Positions 45,198-54,770 of a DNA stretch of 64,000 nucleotides are shown one piece after another; within the stretch, counting starts at the first letter, position 1, and each line of letters begins with the position of its first letter. The notes below the pieces were generated by a model, which was not told the origin of the DNA, ran no database searches, and worked only from the letters and a program-made list of their open reading frames with translations. This DNA is from a virus (Duplodnaviria; Heunggongvirae; Uroviricota; Caudoviricetes), in the IMG/VR virus record IMGVR_UViG_2718218135_000001, positions 49,251 to 113,250 of that record. One strand, 5' to 3'. The position numbers were made by a program, and so were the translations under genes.

Positions 45198-47426
45198 ATG
45201 TCCAAAAAAACCACCAAAGCTGTACTGAAAGAGGTGCAGGATTTTCGCGACTGTGTAAAACGAGTTGTAGCGATGCTTTCAGGTAAACAGATACCTGTTG
45301 CAGAACGAGGCAATGAAGCATATGTCCGCTATAACCGGCGCGGCGAACCAGTGCTGGTAAACATCCCATCTATACCGGACGACGCGTCGCCAACCCTCAT
45401 GAACGCAGTGCGTGGTTTTCTCGACCATGAGGTGGCCCATATTCTCTTTACTGAACCGAAAGTCGCAATGCAGATGCGCGAAAGAGGAAAGGCTCCGTCT
45501 ACGGGGCTTTGGAATGCGCTGGAAGACGTTTTTATTGAACGCAGAATGGGGCAGGTCTTTAACGGAACCCGGCGTAATTTACTTGCAACACAGAGTCTGG
45601 TTATCGACAAATACTTCAGGAATAAAGTACCAGAAGCGGTTTTAGCCTGTCACGGAGACCAGCGTGAATTGTTTTTGAAATTCTTCCTTTGCCCGGTCGT
45701 CCGCGCCTGGGATGGACAAAGCCCCTTCATCGATTTTATGGAAGAACACTGGCGCCTTATCGAGAGGCCGGTAGCCTTACTAAAGGAGCATGGTATAGAC
45801 GTGGCCGTTCGCAATATGTCGAACACTGAGGATTGCGTGAAGGTCGCTGCTGCTATAGCCCAAATCATGCAGGATATGAAAGACAAGCCAGAGGGCAAAT
45901 TACCAGAACTTAAATCATCTGCCAGAAAGCCGTCGGAGAGCAAAGACGAGTCCGAGGAAACGCCAGAATCAGGTGACGAGCCGTCTCATGGTGACTCTGC
46001 ATCTAAGCCTGCCAAAGGCGAAGGCGATGACAAGGAAGAACGAGAAGATGATGCATCAGAAGAGGAAGATTCTGGGGATTCCGATTTGCCTGATTCGTTA
46101 GATAAGGACTTACCTACACACGTTAAAGATATTAGTGATACAGAAAGTAAATATACAGAAGCAGGCCACGAAGAGTCAGGAGACACCCCAGAATCCGATG
46201 CTATCGGCATGAAATCAAGTGACTCTGACACTGATGGTGATGACGGTGAGGACTCCGATACTGATCGTGGGGAAACTGAAGAAGACGTCGAAGGCAAAAA
46301 AAATAAAGATGGTGCGGAAGTGCCCAAAGACAGTGAGTCTGGCTTTGTTCCTGCGCCGGATGAAATGACTCTGGAGGAGGCGCTAAAGGCGCTCGACGAG
46401 ATGGAAGACGGAATCGGTGAAATGACCGAAGACGCACTGTCGGCCACCATCAGCAAAGAGCTTATGAGCGTCTCACCTTCTGATTATCGGCCATACGATC
46501 GATCATACGACTTTATCGGGTTGATTGATGGAGCCGAAGAGCATGTGAAGCGCACCAGAAAGACGTTCGGTGCAATACCAATGCACTCACCAGTCGACCG
46601 CTACCGTATGGTGCCAGAAGGCAGAAAACTCTTTGAACTGAAAATCGAAAAACATCTGTCTGCAGGCGTTTCTTCGACGCTGGCCAAAGACCTGGAGCGG
46701 GCCATCGCCAGCCGCAACCGAGTTCAGTTTATACCTGGTCAGAGGCGTGGGCGGATACATGGCGCGAGCCTGTATCGTCTGGCAATGAACGACGACCGAG
46801 TGTTCCGCAAGAAGGAAGACCATAGAGCGGTGAACGCGTGTGTCCAGCAGGTCATCGACTTGTCCGGCTCAATGGATGGCGTGAAGATTCAACTGGCCCT
46901 AGCCAGTGCCTATACCATTGCGGATGCTTTAGATCGTATCAATGTCCCCAACATCATCACCGGCTTTACCACGTTCGGTAGCCCAGATTATGAAACCAGG
47001 TCGAAGCGCGGGTTTACACGCTTCGAGGCGCTCATGCTGCCCATTATCAAAAACTGGAATGAGAAAGCAAACTCTCCAGAGATCCGTGCTCGCATGGGAT
47101 GCGTATGTGAGACGTTCCCACTGCTCAATAACGTCGATGGTGAGAGTGTCGCGCAACTGGCTACCCTGTTTGCAGGGCGAATGGAGGACAAAAAGATCAT
47201 GCTGGTTATGAGTGATGGGGAGCCATGTGCTACAGGTAGTGGATTCCATCAGCATTTACGAACCGTCACCAAAGAAATTGAGACCTTGAGCGACATCGAA
47301 CTGATGGCTATCGGCATTCTGACCGACGAACCACGGCGTTACTACAAAAATTACGCACTGGTTAACAGTGTTGAAGAGCTAGGGCCGTCAGTCGTCACTG
47401 AGTTATCTCGTATCATTCTTGGGTAA
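45198..47426 (+). CDS. VWA-domain protein (CobT-like) with long acidic tract
   Basis: MIDAS motif DLSGSMDG; Asp/Glu/Ser-rich region about 45950-46400; ATG at 45198 preferred. Confidence 0.55.
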   Translation: MSKKTTKAVLKEVQDFRDCVKRVVAMLSGKQIPVAERGNEAYVRYNRRGEPVLVNIPSIPDDASPTLMNAVRGFLDHEVAHILFTEPKVAMQMRERGKAPSTGLWNALEDVFIERRMGQVFNGTRRNLLATQSLVIDKYFRNKVPEAVLACHGDQRELFLKFFLCPVVRAWDGQSPFIDFMEEHWRLIERPVALLKEHGIDVAVRNMSNTEDCVKVAAAIAQIMQDMKDKPEGKLPELKSSARKPSESKDESEETPESGDEPSHGDSASKPAKGEGDDKEEREDDASEEEDSGDSDLPDSLDKDLPTHVKDISDTESKYTEAGHEESGDTPESDAIGMKSSDSDTDGDDGEDSDTDRGETEEDVEGKKNKDGAEVPKDSESGFVPAPDEMTLEEALKALDEMEDGIGEMTEDALSATISKELMSVSPSDYRPYDRSYDFIGLIDGAEEHVKRTRKTFGAIPMHSPVDRYRMVPEGRKLFELKIEKHLSAGVSSTLAKDLERAIASRNRVQFIPGQRRGRIHGASLYRLAMNDDRVFRKKEDHRAVNACVQQVIDLSGSMDGVKIQLALASAYTIADALDRINVPNIITGFTTFGSPDYETRSKRGFTRFEALMLPIIKNWNEKANSPEIRARMGCVCETFPLLNNVDGESVAQLATLFAGRMEDKKIMLVMSDGEPCATGSGFHQHLRTVTKEIETLSDIELMAIGILTDEPRRYYKNYALVNSVEELGPSVVTELSRIILG

Positions 47427-47442
47427 TAGCTTTACCCTTAAA

Positions 47443-47465
47443 AATAAGTAACTACTTACTATACA
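47443..47465. promoter_or_regulatory. conserved intergenic motif A copy (AAAATAAGTAACTACTTACTATA)
   Basis: AAGTA / TACTT arms; about 55 bp upstream of AAA+ gene. Confidence 0.5.
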
Positions 47466-47521
47466 GCCTAATATATTTCTATAAGATATACCCCACAAAC
47501 GACAAACAGTAAGGAAAAAAC

Positions 47522-48757
47522 ATGACCGCTACTGCACTACAGCAAGAAGAACATTTGCCGGAAGCCATCGTCTGCAAGTGGTGTGGCAAATCCTTTCATT
47601 ACCTGAAATCCCATATCTCTATGGGCCGTTGCGAGAATATTCCTGAGTCTGCGAAGGGTCTGGACGTGGACGAAGTGGTGAAGATGTACACCTCTGCGTT
47701 TCCAGATGAACCAACGATCTCTCGCACGGCACTGGCCAAACTCAATGAGAAGCGTGCCGAAAAGCATTCAGGCGAAGGAAAAGTAGCGGAGATTAGCGCA
47801 CATCCGGGCTACGCAGGAACGGTCGAATACAAGACCGAACTGGTGGCCGCGCACGAGCTGCTTGGCGTAACGATCAAAGAGCTGGGTACACCACGCGGAA
47901 AACCACTACAGGTGACAGTCAACGTCAACACGCCCTATCCGGAGTTCGTACCTGAAGCGAAGAAAAACTATGTGTATGGCGACTTCGACCTGATCAAGGA
48001 CATCTTTATGATGCTGGAAATCGGAATCCCGGGTTATCTCTGGGGCCATGCAGGAACCGGTAAATCTTCTCTTCCTACGCAGCTATGTGCCCTGCTAAAT
48101 CGACCACTGATCCGCGCCCAGCATACGGCGTCTATGGAGGAAGCGCACGTTACAGGCCAGATCCTCGCTCGCGATGGTTCCACCTATTTCGAACCGGGTT
48201 TACTAGCGCTGGCGATGAAAAATGGTTGGGTTTACCTCGCTGATGAATATGACTTCGCGTTCCCGCAGATTCTGGGTGTGTATCAGCCAGTTCTTGAAGG
48301 AGAGCCGCTGATCATCAAAGAGGCAACTGCGGACTGGCGCCGCATCACCCCGCATAAACGCTTTGCCTTCATTGGCACTGGCAACACTAACGGCTCTGGC
48401 GACGAAACAGGTCTCTATCAAGGCACAAACATCCAGAACGCAGCGAACTTCTCGCGTTTTGGCATTGTTTCAAACGTGAAGTACATGAGTACGAAGGCAG
48501 AAGTCAACATGCTGGCTGAAGCAGGCGTCATCCGCGAATACGCCGAGAAGATGGTGAAGTTCGCGAATCTTATCCGTGAAGGTTATGAAAAGCATCAGAT
48601 TAGCCAGCCAATCGGGCCTCGTGAGCTGCTGCTGTCCGCCAAAATCGGAATGATGCGCGGTGATTTCTCTGCCGGCATCGAAAAGTCGTTTATCAATAAA
48701 CTTCCATCCACGTCTGCACAGGCAGCGCGTGAAGTGGTTCAGAAGATCTTTGGTTAA
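47522..48757 (+). CDS. AAA+ ATPase (MoxR/CobS-like) with N-terminal zinc-ribbon
   Basis: Walker A GHAGTGKS, Walker B VYLADEYD; CKWCGKSFHYLKSHISMGRC zinc motif. Confidence 0.6.
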   Translation: MTATALQQEEHLPEAIVCKWCGKSFHYLKSHISMGRCENIPESAKGLDVDEVVKMYTSAFPDEPTISRTALAKLNEKRAEKHSGEGKVAEISAHPGYAGTVEYKTELVAAHELLGVTIKELGTPRGKPLQVTVNVNTPYPEFVPEAKKNYVYGDFDLIKDIFMMLEIGIPGYLWGHAGTGKSSLPTQLCALLNRPLIRAQHTASMEEAHVTGQILARDGSTYFEPGLLALAMKNGWVYLADEYDFAFPQILGVYQPVLEGEPLIIKEATADWRRITPHKRFAFIGTGNTNGSGDETGLYQGTNIQNAANFSRFGIVSNVKYMSTKAEVNMLAEAGVIREYAEKMVKFANLIREGYEKHQISQPIGPRELLLSAKIGMMRGDFSAGIEKSFINKLPSTSAQAAREVVQKIFG

Positions 48758-48937
48758 TCGTGCGTAAAGGATGTTTCGGCTCTCTTATCGCAGCGTCTGA
48801 AACTGGCAGTGCTTGTTTGGCATGTCCGGATAGACCCGAGTGCCACCAGTCAGCCAAAGAGGTTGCGATTTCGATGTATGGGAAGTTCGTTGGCTTCCCC
48901 AATGACAAAATCAAGAAAACCAGAAAGGTAAAAGCAC

Positions 48938-51900
48938 ATGAAGGCTCTGATGGTCAGAACTGACTTCTCCCTGGGAGAGTCAGCTCTAAAAGCAGAAAAC
49001 GCGGTGAAAATCGCGAGAGACGCTGGCTACACCGCTGTCATTTCCGCTGACAGCATGAACATTGCCAGTGTGATCCCCCTGCAGCGTGCCGCTGGCGACG
49101 ACATGGCGGTTATTTGTGGTGTTAAGCTGAATGTGGTCGACGATCCGACATACGAGCATCGCGCCCGCCTGGCGAAAGAGTCAGGAGGATGTATGGAATC
49201 ATTGGTGCGTGATCGAAGCTACTGCTTCACGGCACTGATAAAGAATGAGCAAGGTTATCGCGACGTGTGCGAACTGATGACCTTAGCCAACAAGCGCGAG
49301 CAATTCTACTTTGTTCCGCGTCTGGCACTTGACCAGCTGGCGGCCGCATATGCCAAAGGCAACATCATCCTGCTGACGTCCGACATTGGCAGTGTATTCC
49401 AGCGCCGGGACTTCGCAAAGATTATCGGGACGCTGGTGACAGCTGGAGGACGCGATAACTTCTACAGCGTGGTTTATCCGCACCCTACCCCATTCTACGA
49501 CCAGATTAACGTCCGGGCGATGAAAGTGGCGAGCGCACTGAAAATAGAGCCAGTGGCGTTCTATCCCGCTTATTACGAAGCGATCGACGACGCTGACATT
49601 AAAGACATTGCGCACATGGTTACGAACAACATCAAAATCGACCAGCCGCATCGTCTGCGCATCCCCCACCAGCGAGATAACGCTGTTAATGGTCGTCGCC
49701 ATCTCCTTGAAGCGCTGAAAGCCTTCTCCGTTCGCATGGGCGTACCGGTAACAGCTGCAATGGTCTCAACAACGCAGGACACCATTATTGAAGCCTGCAC
49801 ATGGCGCTGGCATGAACTGCCACCAGCACTGCCCAAGATGGCAGACGACGAGCCTGCAACGCTGATGAAGCTGGCTGTCGCGGGGCTACGCAAGCGTCTA
49901 ACTACTAAAGAGTTTGGCTACACACCACCGGCTTCTGAGCACCGAGTGTATGTTGAGCGACTGAAGTACGAAATGGACACACTGACCCGTCTGGGCTTCT
50001 GTGGCTACTTCCTGATGGTACGCGATCTGATGAATCACAGCCGTGAAACAGGAATACCGGTTGGGCCAGGTCGTGGTTCCTCTGCCGGTTCTCTGGTGGC
50101 GTGGTGCATAGGCATAACCAACGTCGATCCTATCCGTCACGGTCTTCTGTTTGAGCGTTTCATCAACCCTGAACGTCTTGACTTACCGGATGCGGATCTG
50201 GACTTCAGCCAGGCACGTCGTCATGAGGTGATCGAGTATCTGAATGAACACTATGGCGAAGATTACGTTGCCGGTATTCCAAACTTCACCTATCTGGGCG
50301 CCGCTTCTGCGCTGCGAGACACTGCGCGTATTTACGGTGTCGACGCTGCGGATATGTCGGTATCCAAAGAGTTCAAGAATCTGGAAGACGATAGCCTGTC
50401 TCTGGAAGAGCTGCGCGAGCAACTGGCCAGCCTGGACAAATACGCCACGAAAAACCCGGAAGCGTTCAAAGCGGCGTGTAAGCTGCAAAGCCTGATGCGT
50501 GGTTTTGGTCGTCACGCTGCGGGGATGATCGTCGCTGGCGTTCCACTGGTAGAGCGCACGCCCGTCGAGCTGCGTGGCAACGCTCGCTGTATTGCGTTCG
50601 ATAAACGTTACTGCGAGGCGATGGGGCTGATTAAGCTGGACGTTCTCGGTCTGGCAACGCTCGATCTGCTGGATAGCGCGAAACGCTACATCAAAGAGAG
50701 TACCGGGGAAGACATCAATCTCGATGCTATTCCACTGGACGATCGTAAGGTTCTGGATGGGTTCGCTGCAGGGTACACGCAGGGCGTATTCCAGCTGGAG
50801 TCCGGCCCCATGCGCAAGCTGCTTAAAGATCTGGGCGGTGGCATTGAGCCAATGAGCTTCAAAACCGTTGTCGCCACGACCGCACTCTTCCGACCTGGCC
50901 CGATCCAATCCGGCATGTTGGACGACTATGTCTCCGTGGCCAAAGGCTTCATGGCTCCACATTCAATTCATCCGCGTCTTGAGGAAGTCACCCGGGAGAC
51001 TAATGGTGTTTTGCTCTATCAGGAACAAATCATGCAAAGTTCCCGAGTACTTGCCGGGTTCTCTATGGCCGAAGCAGACGCTCTGCGTTCCGCTATCGGT
51101 AAAAAGAACATGGATAAGATGAAAGCGATCGGCAGCGATTTTGTAGAACGAGCACAAGCAGGCTGGGTGACACTGTCACTCAAAAATGGAGGTACTGTAG
51201 AGGTTCACAAACACGCAAAACTGGATTGCTCAGACGGTAAGCGTAGAAGCTACAGCGAGGCTATTAGTGACGGCATAGACTACGTGGAGATCGTCTCTGA
51301 ACAAGAAGGTCTCAGTAAGGAAAAAGCCCAAGAAATATGGGACGCCTTTGAGAAGTTCGGTGGATATGCCTTCAACAAATCACACAGTGTTGCTTATTCT
51401 TTAATCAGCTATCAGTCTATGTGGTTAAAGACACATTACCCTGCTGAGTTCTTCGCTGCTGCGCTCACCATTCTGGGCGAGGATAAGCACCAGGGGCTGG
51501 TTAAGGATGCGCTGACCTATGGCATTCGCGTATTGCCACCAGACGTTAACGTGTCATCTAACCGAATTGAGATCCGCACGCTGGAAGACGGCAGTCAGGT
51601 TCTGTATGCACCATTCTCTGCTGTGAAAGGCTGCTCTGAGAATGGTTGCCAGGCCATCATGAGAGCGCGTGAGAAAGTTGGCGGCAAATTCGAGTCACTT
51701 GAGCAATTTGAGGAAGCGGTCGAGAAGCGTGCATGTAACAGCCGGGTACGCGAATCACTGCAAAAAGTCGGTGCGTTCGCATCGATTGAGTCTGGCAGTC
51801 TGCCAGCGACAGATCCGGAACGGCTGCGCGACCAGGCAGAGTTGATGGGTAATCTGGTGATCGACGCTGTAAAAGCCTCTCGACCGTTCGAGATGAACCC

Positions 51901-52444
51901 TAAGCGCTCTGCTGAAGTAAATGTACTGATGACGCGCATGGCGGCCGAAATGGGGCTGGGAGACGATCTAATCCGTCCAAGCATTGGTATTAAGCCAAAA
52001 ATCATGGTTATTCTGGACAACGCGAACGGCAATGATGGGCGTACCGGCTACTTCATGGAGAACGGTTACGACGACTTTAAGGCGAAGTTGCTTACTGCAG
52101 GCGATCTGCGTATGGGCGATCTCTACGTCACCGGCGTGTGCAAAAAGGTGAAGGACAAAGAGAAGGACTACACCAAAGACGAGATCGGTCAGTTCACCGA
52201 CTTTATGCGTGAAGAGATCAATCTGGTGCGTCCGACCTATGTACTGACGTGTGGCAGCCGGGCGACGTCGCTCTTCAACAACAAGAGCAAACCATCCGAC
52301 CTGGTTGGACGCAAAGAGTATCTGCCGGAGCTGGATGCGACCGTTTTCTACGGATTTAACCCGAATATCCTTTACTTCCGACCGGAAGAAGGAGAGCGAC
52401 TGGAGGCCATTCTGACTGATATTGCGGAGACGATAAATAAGTAA
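48938..52444 (+). CDS. DNA polymerase III alpha-type (DnaE-like) replicative polymerase
   Basis: GYFLMVRDLMNHSRETGIPVGPGRGSSAGSLVAWCIGITNVDPIRHGLLFERFINPERLDLPDADLDF matches DnaE palm signature; 1168 aa. Confidence 0.8.
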   Translation: MKALMVRTDFSLGESALKAENAVKIARDAGYTAVISADSMNIASVIPLQRAAGDDMAVICGVKLNVVDDPTYEHRARLAKESGGCMESLVRDRSYCFTALIKNEQGYRDVCELMTLANKREQFYFVPRLALDQLAAAYAKGNIILLTSDIGSVFQRRDFAKIIGTLVTAGGRDNFYSVVYPHPTPFYDQINVRAMKVASALKIEPVAFYPAYYEAIDDADIKDIAHMVTNNIKIDQPHRLRIPHQRDNAVNGRRHLLEALKAFSVRMGVPVTAAMVSTTQDTIIEACTWRWHELPPALPKMADDEPATLMKLAVAGLRKRLTTKEFGYTPPASEHRVYVERLKYEMDTLTRLGFCGYFLMVRDLMNHSRETGIPVGPGRGSSAGSLVAWCIGITNVDPIRHGLLFERFINPERLDLPDADLDFSQARRHEVIEYLNEHYGEDYVAGIPNFTYLGAASALRDTARIYGVDAADMSVSKEFKNLEDDSLSLEELREQLASLDKYATKNPEAFKAACKLQSLMRGFGRHAAGMIVAGVPLVERTPVELRGNARCIAFDKRYCEAMGLIKLDVLGLATLDLLDSAKRYIKESTGEDINLDAIPLDDRKVLDGFAAGYTQGVFQLESGPMRKLLKDLGGGIEPMSFKTVVATTALFRPGPIQSGMLDDYVSVAKGFMAPHSIHPRLEEVTRETNGVLLYQEQIMQSSRVLAGFSMAEADALRSAIGKKNMDKMKAIGSDFVERAQAGWVTLSLKNGGTVEVHKHAKLDCSDGKRRSYSEAISDGIDYVEIVSEQEGLSKEKAQEIWDAFEKFGGYAFNKSHSVAYSLISYQSMWLKTHYPAEFFAAALTILGEDKHQGLVKDALTYGIRVLPPDVNVSSNRIEIRTLEDGSQVLYAPFSAVKGCSENGCQAIMRAREKVGGKFESLEQFEEAVEKRACNSRVRESLQKVGAFASIESGSLPATDPERLRDQAELMGNLVIDAVKASRPFEMNPKRSAEVNVLMTRMAAEMGLGDDLIRPSIGIKPKIMVILDNANGNDGRTGYFMENGYDDFKAKLLTAGDLRMGDLYVTGVCKKVKDKEKDYTKDEIGQFTDFMREEINLVRPTYVLTCGSRATSLFNNKSKPSDLVGRKEYLPELDATVFYGFNPNILYFRPEEGERLEAILTDIAETINK

Positions 52445-52454
52445 TAAAGAAAAA

Positions 52455-52475
52455 CCCGCCATTTGGCGGGTTTTA
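52455..52475. terminator. bidirectional rho-independent terminator
   Basis: CCCGCCA-TT-TGGCGGG with flanking A-run and T-run, between convergent genes. Confidence 0.65.
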
Positions 52476-53033
52476 TGCGCAAATTTTTTCGCAGTCTTGC
52501 GAGTGACTGAGTGAGCGAGTAACTCTCTCCACCTCATGAATGTCGCCCAACGATCTTATACGCATGGCAAGATTCCACGTACTCAATGTGCGCGCGTTAC
52601 GCACCAGTTCTTCCCGTGCTTTTTCGTCTTTGCTGTCAAGACGACCGCAGTCGTTCAACCATTTAGCGACTTCCGCCCAGTCCCAGAGTGGAGACTGACC
52701 GCTGATACGCTGAACAGGGCAAGGAAAATCACCTTTGCCACGTAATCCGTCTTTAAGCAGAGTAATAGCCTGGCGCGTTAAGCCAGAGAGTTGAGCAATA
52801 TCGCTCAAGCCTACCAGTGCTGAATCTACCGATTCCACCACTGCGCCAATGCCTGCTGTTTCAATATCAAGGATTGCCGATTCGATTGCTTCATCTAAAG
52901 ATTTAGCTTCTCGGTCAAATTCTACATACACTGAGTTTCCGTAGTAGCAAATGAGCGCATCATCGCAACCGTGGCTATACAGAGCATCTGCGACTACGCA
53001 GTACTGACTACAGGTTATCAGAATTATCCCCAT
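52473..53033 (-). CDS. hypothetical protein with C-terminal HTH-like region
   Basis: 186-aa ORF filling otherwise empty 0.7-kb interval; LSDIAQLSGLTRQAITLLKDG HTH-like. Confidence 0.35.
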   Translation of the reverse strand: MGIILITCSQYCVVADALYSHGCDDALICYYGNSVYVEFDREAKSLDEAIESAILDIETAGIGAVVESVDSALVGLSDIAQLSGLTRQAITLLKDGLRGKGDFPCPVQRISGQSPLWDWAEVAKWLNDCGRLDSKDEKAREELVRNARTLSTWNLAMRIRSLGDIHEVERVTRSLSHSQDCEKICA

Positions 53034-53142
53034 TTACATCAGCTTATCTACGTCAGCCCTCAAGTTCTTCAGCAAGCCAGCTCCACCGCCTGATTCCAAC
53101 ATGATAGAATTGATATACTAAAATAAGTATATAGATAACATT

Positions 53143-53574
53143 ATGAGCACCGATATCTACGAAAAAATCATGTCCGATCTGGAGTTCGACCGCGACAATC
53201 TGGAGGAAGTCTGGCGTCAGCAACCGCGTCTGTTGATGGAGTATGGCTCTAAGCTGGCACGGGCAGAACGTGAGGTTGCAGATGCAAAACTCTCTCTCGA
53301 CGCGATCGAGGCAAAAATCTATGACAACGAGCGTAAGAGCTTGAGTATGAATGGAATTAAGTTTAATGAATCCGTACTGGAAGCGAAGGTTAGAACCAAC
53401 CCGCAATACCTCGCAAAGCGCCAGAAACTCGACGATGCTCGACACATTGCAGACCTGTACAAGCACGCTGTAGCCGCCTTCTCCCACCGCCGCGATATGA
53501 TTGTCCAGGCGTCGAAGATGGCTATCGTAGAGATAGAGCGTCTGGGGGCCGAACGATTCCATTTACCCCGTTAA
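53143..53574 (+). CDS. hypothetical coiled-coil protein
   Basis: 143-aa charged helical ORF; preferred over overlapping antisense ORF. Confidence 0.35.
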   Translation: MSTDIYEKIMSDLEFDRDNLEEVWRQQPRLLMEYGSKLARAEREVADAKLSLDAIEAKIYDNERKSLSMNGIKFNESVLEAKVRTNPQYLAKRQKLDDARHIADLYKHAVAAFSHRRDMIVQASKMAIVEIERLGAERFHLPR

Positions 53575-53583
53575 TTTATGCTA

Positions 53584-53608
53584 GATAGTAAGTAAGCACT
53601 GATCTATC
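53584..53608. promoter_or_regulatory. conserved intergenic motif A copy (GATAGTAAGTAAGCACTGATCTATC)
   Basis: GATAG...CTATC outer arms plus TAAGTAAG core; upstream of SSB-like gene. Confidence 0.45.
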
Positions 53609-53693
53609 ATTCTTCTCGCTCGAAAGAGCCACGAACAAACGAACGCCCAATGCGCATAGCGCCAATGGCCACAATCACAACAAGGAGAAATAC

Positions 53694-54710
53694 ATGTCTA
53701 AGTCATTACTTGATCTGCTTAACAAGACCCGTGGCGATATTGCTTCCAAACGTGGCAATAACATTGATTTGACCCGTCTGAAAGATGGCAATAACTATCT
53801 GCGCATTTTTCCGAACAAGGACGATCCGAATGGCGTGTTCTTCCAGACTTTCGGTATGCACTACGTTAAGCATCAGAATGAGGAAGGCAAAGATGTAACC
53901 ACCGCCTATATCTGCGAACAACACACCCACGGCCACGCTTGCCAGCTGTGTGAGATGGTTATGGAAGGTCGCGCTCGCTTTAAGGGCAACAAAGCGATGG
54001 AAGAGCGCATTAATAGTATGCGTGCTACGCCGCGTTATCTGGTCAACGGTGTTCTGTCTGCGCGTGAAGACTTTGCGGACGCAGAGAAATGCCAGCTGAT
54101 TGAGCTGCCGTCTACGGTCTTCGACGATATCTGCAAAGTGATGTCCGAAGATATTGCGGACGATATTGGCAACCCACTGAGCAAAGAAGAAGGCTATGCG
54201 TTCCTGATTAAACGCACCGGTTCCGGTCGTGACACCAAGTACGACGTATCCCCGAAACGTAAAGTCTACAAAGGCGACATTCCTGAGAAGCTCTGGACTA
54301 CCCAACACGATCTGATCGCATATGCGAACCAGGCTGACGAAACTCGTTTGCTGTCCACGACTCGCACTATGGGTCGTCTGATTGGTATTGCGGCTCCGGC
54401 AGCAACTATGTCCTCACCAGCCATTTCTTCCGCTGCAAAATCAGCCGCAGCTGGACTGCCAGGCTTTGGCTCTATCACTGGTCATACGGAAGGCGCAGCT
54501 GCTGTCGCTACAGCACATACTCCGGCGCCAGAGTCCACCAGCCTGGTTGATGAAGAGATCCTGCGTGCCGCTGAAGCTGAGTTCAAACCGGAAGAAGCGA
54601 AAGCTCCGGAAGCCACCGAAGCCGCAAGTGCTTCAGCATCTGCTGCCGCTGCATCTGTACCAGCTGATGAAGGTCTCGATGACCTGCTGGCTGAACTGGA
54701 CGCTCTGTAA
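53694..54710 (+). CDS. single-stranded DNA-binding protein (T4 gp32-like architecture)
   Basis: His/Cys zinc motif EQHTHGHACQLC, Ala/Ser-rich linker and acidic C-terminal tail DEGLDDLLAELDAL; AAGGAG RBS. Confidence 0.5.
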   Translation: MSKSLLDLLNKTRGDIASKRGNNIDLTRLKDGNNYLRIFPNKDDPNGVFFQTFGMHYVKHQNEEGKDVTTAYICEQHTHGHACQLCEMVMEGRARFKGNKAMEERINSMRATPRYLVNGVLSAREDFADAEKCQLIELPSTVFDDICKVMSEDIADDIGNPLSKEEGYAFLIKRTGSGRDTKYDVSPKRKVYKGDIPEKLWTTQHDLIAYANQADETRLLSTTRTMGRLIGIAAPAATMSSPAISSAAKSAAAGLPGFGSITGHTEGAAAVATAHTPAPESTSLVDEEILRAAEAEFKPEEAKAPEATEAASASASAAAASVPADEGLDDLLAELDAL

Positions 54711-54726
54711 TCCCATAACGTAACCA

Positions 54727-54755
54727 GTAAGGCGTCTGCGGACGCCTTACTTTTT
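54727..54755 (+). terminator. rho-independent terminator
   Basis: GTAAGGCGTC-TGCG-GACGCCTTAC followed by TTTTT. Confidence 0.65.
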
Positions 54756-54770
54756 GGAAGGAGTGTACCG

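Noticed and set aside
45986-46456. 156-aa Ser-rich minus-strand ORF
   Set aside because: Antisense of the acidic Asp/Glu-rich tract of the VWA protein; compositional artefact.
50183-50962. 259-aa minus-strand ORF inside the DnaE-like gene
   Set aside because: Antisense to a gene with strong conserved polymerase motifs.
53053-53562. 169-aa minus-strand ORF overlapping 53143..53574
   Set aside because: Cys/Phe-rich non-protein-like composition; the plus-strand ORF is more protein-like and fits operon direction. The choice remains uncertain.
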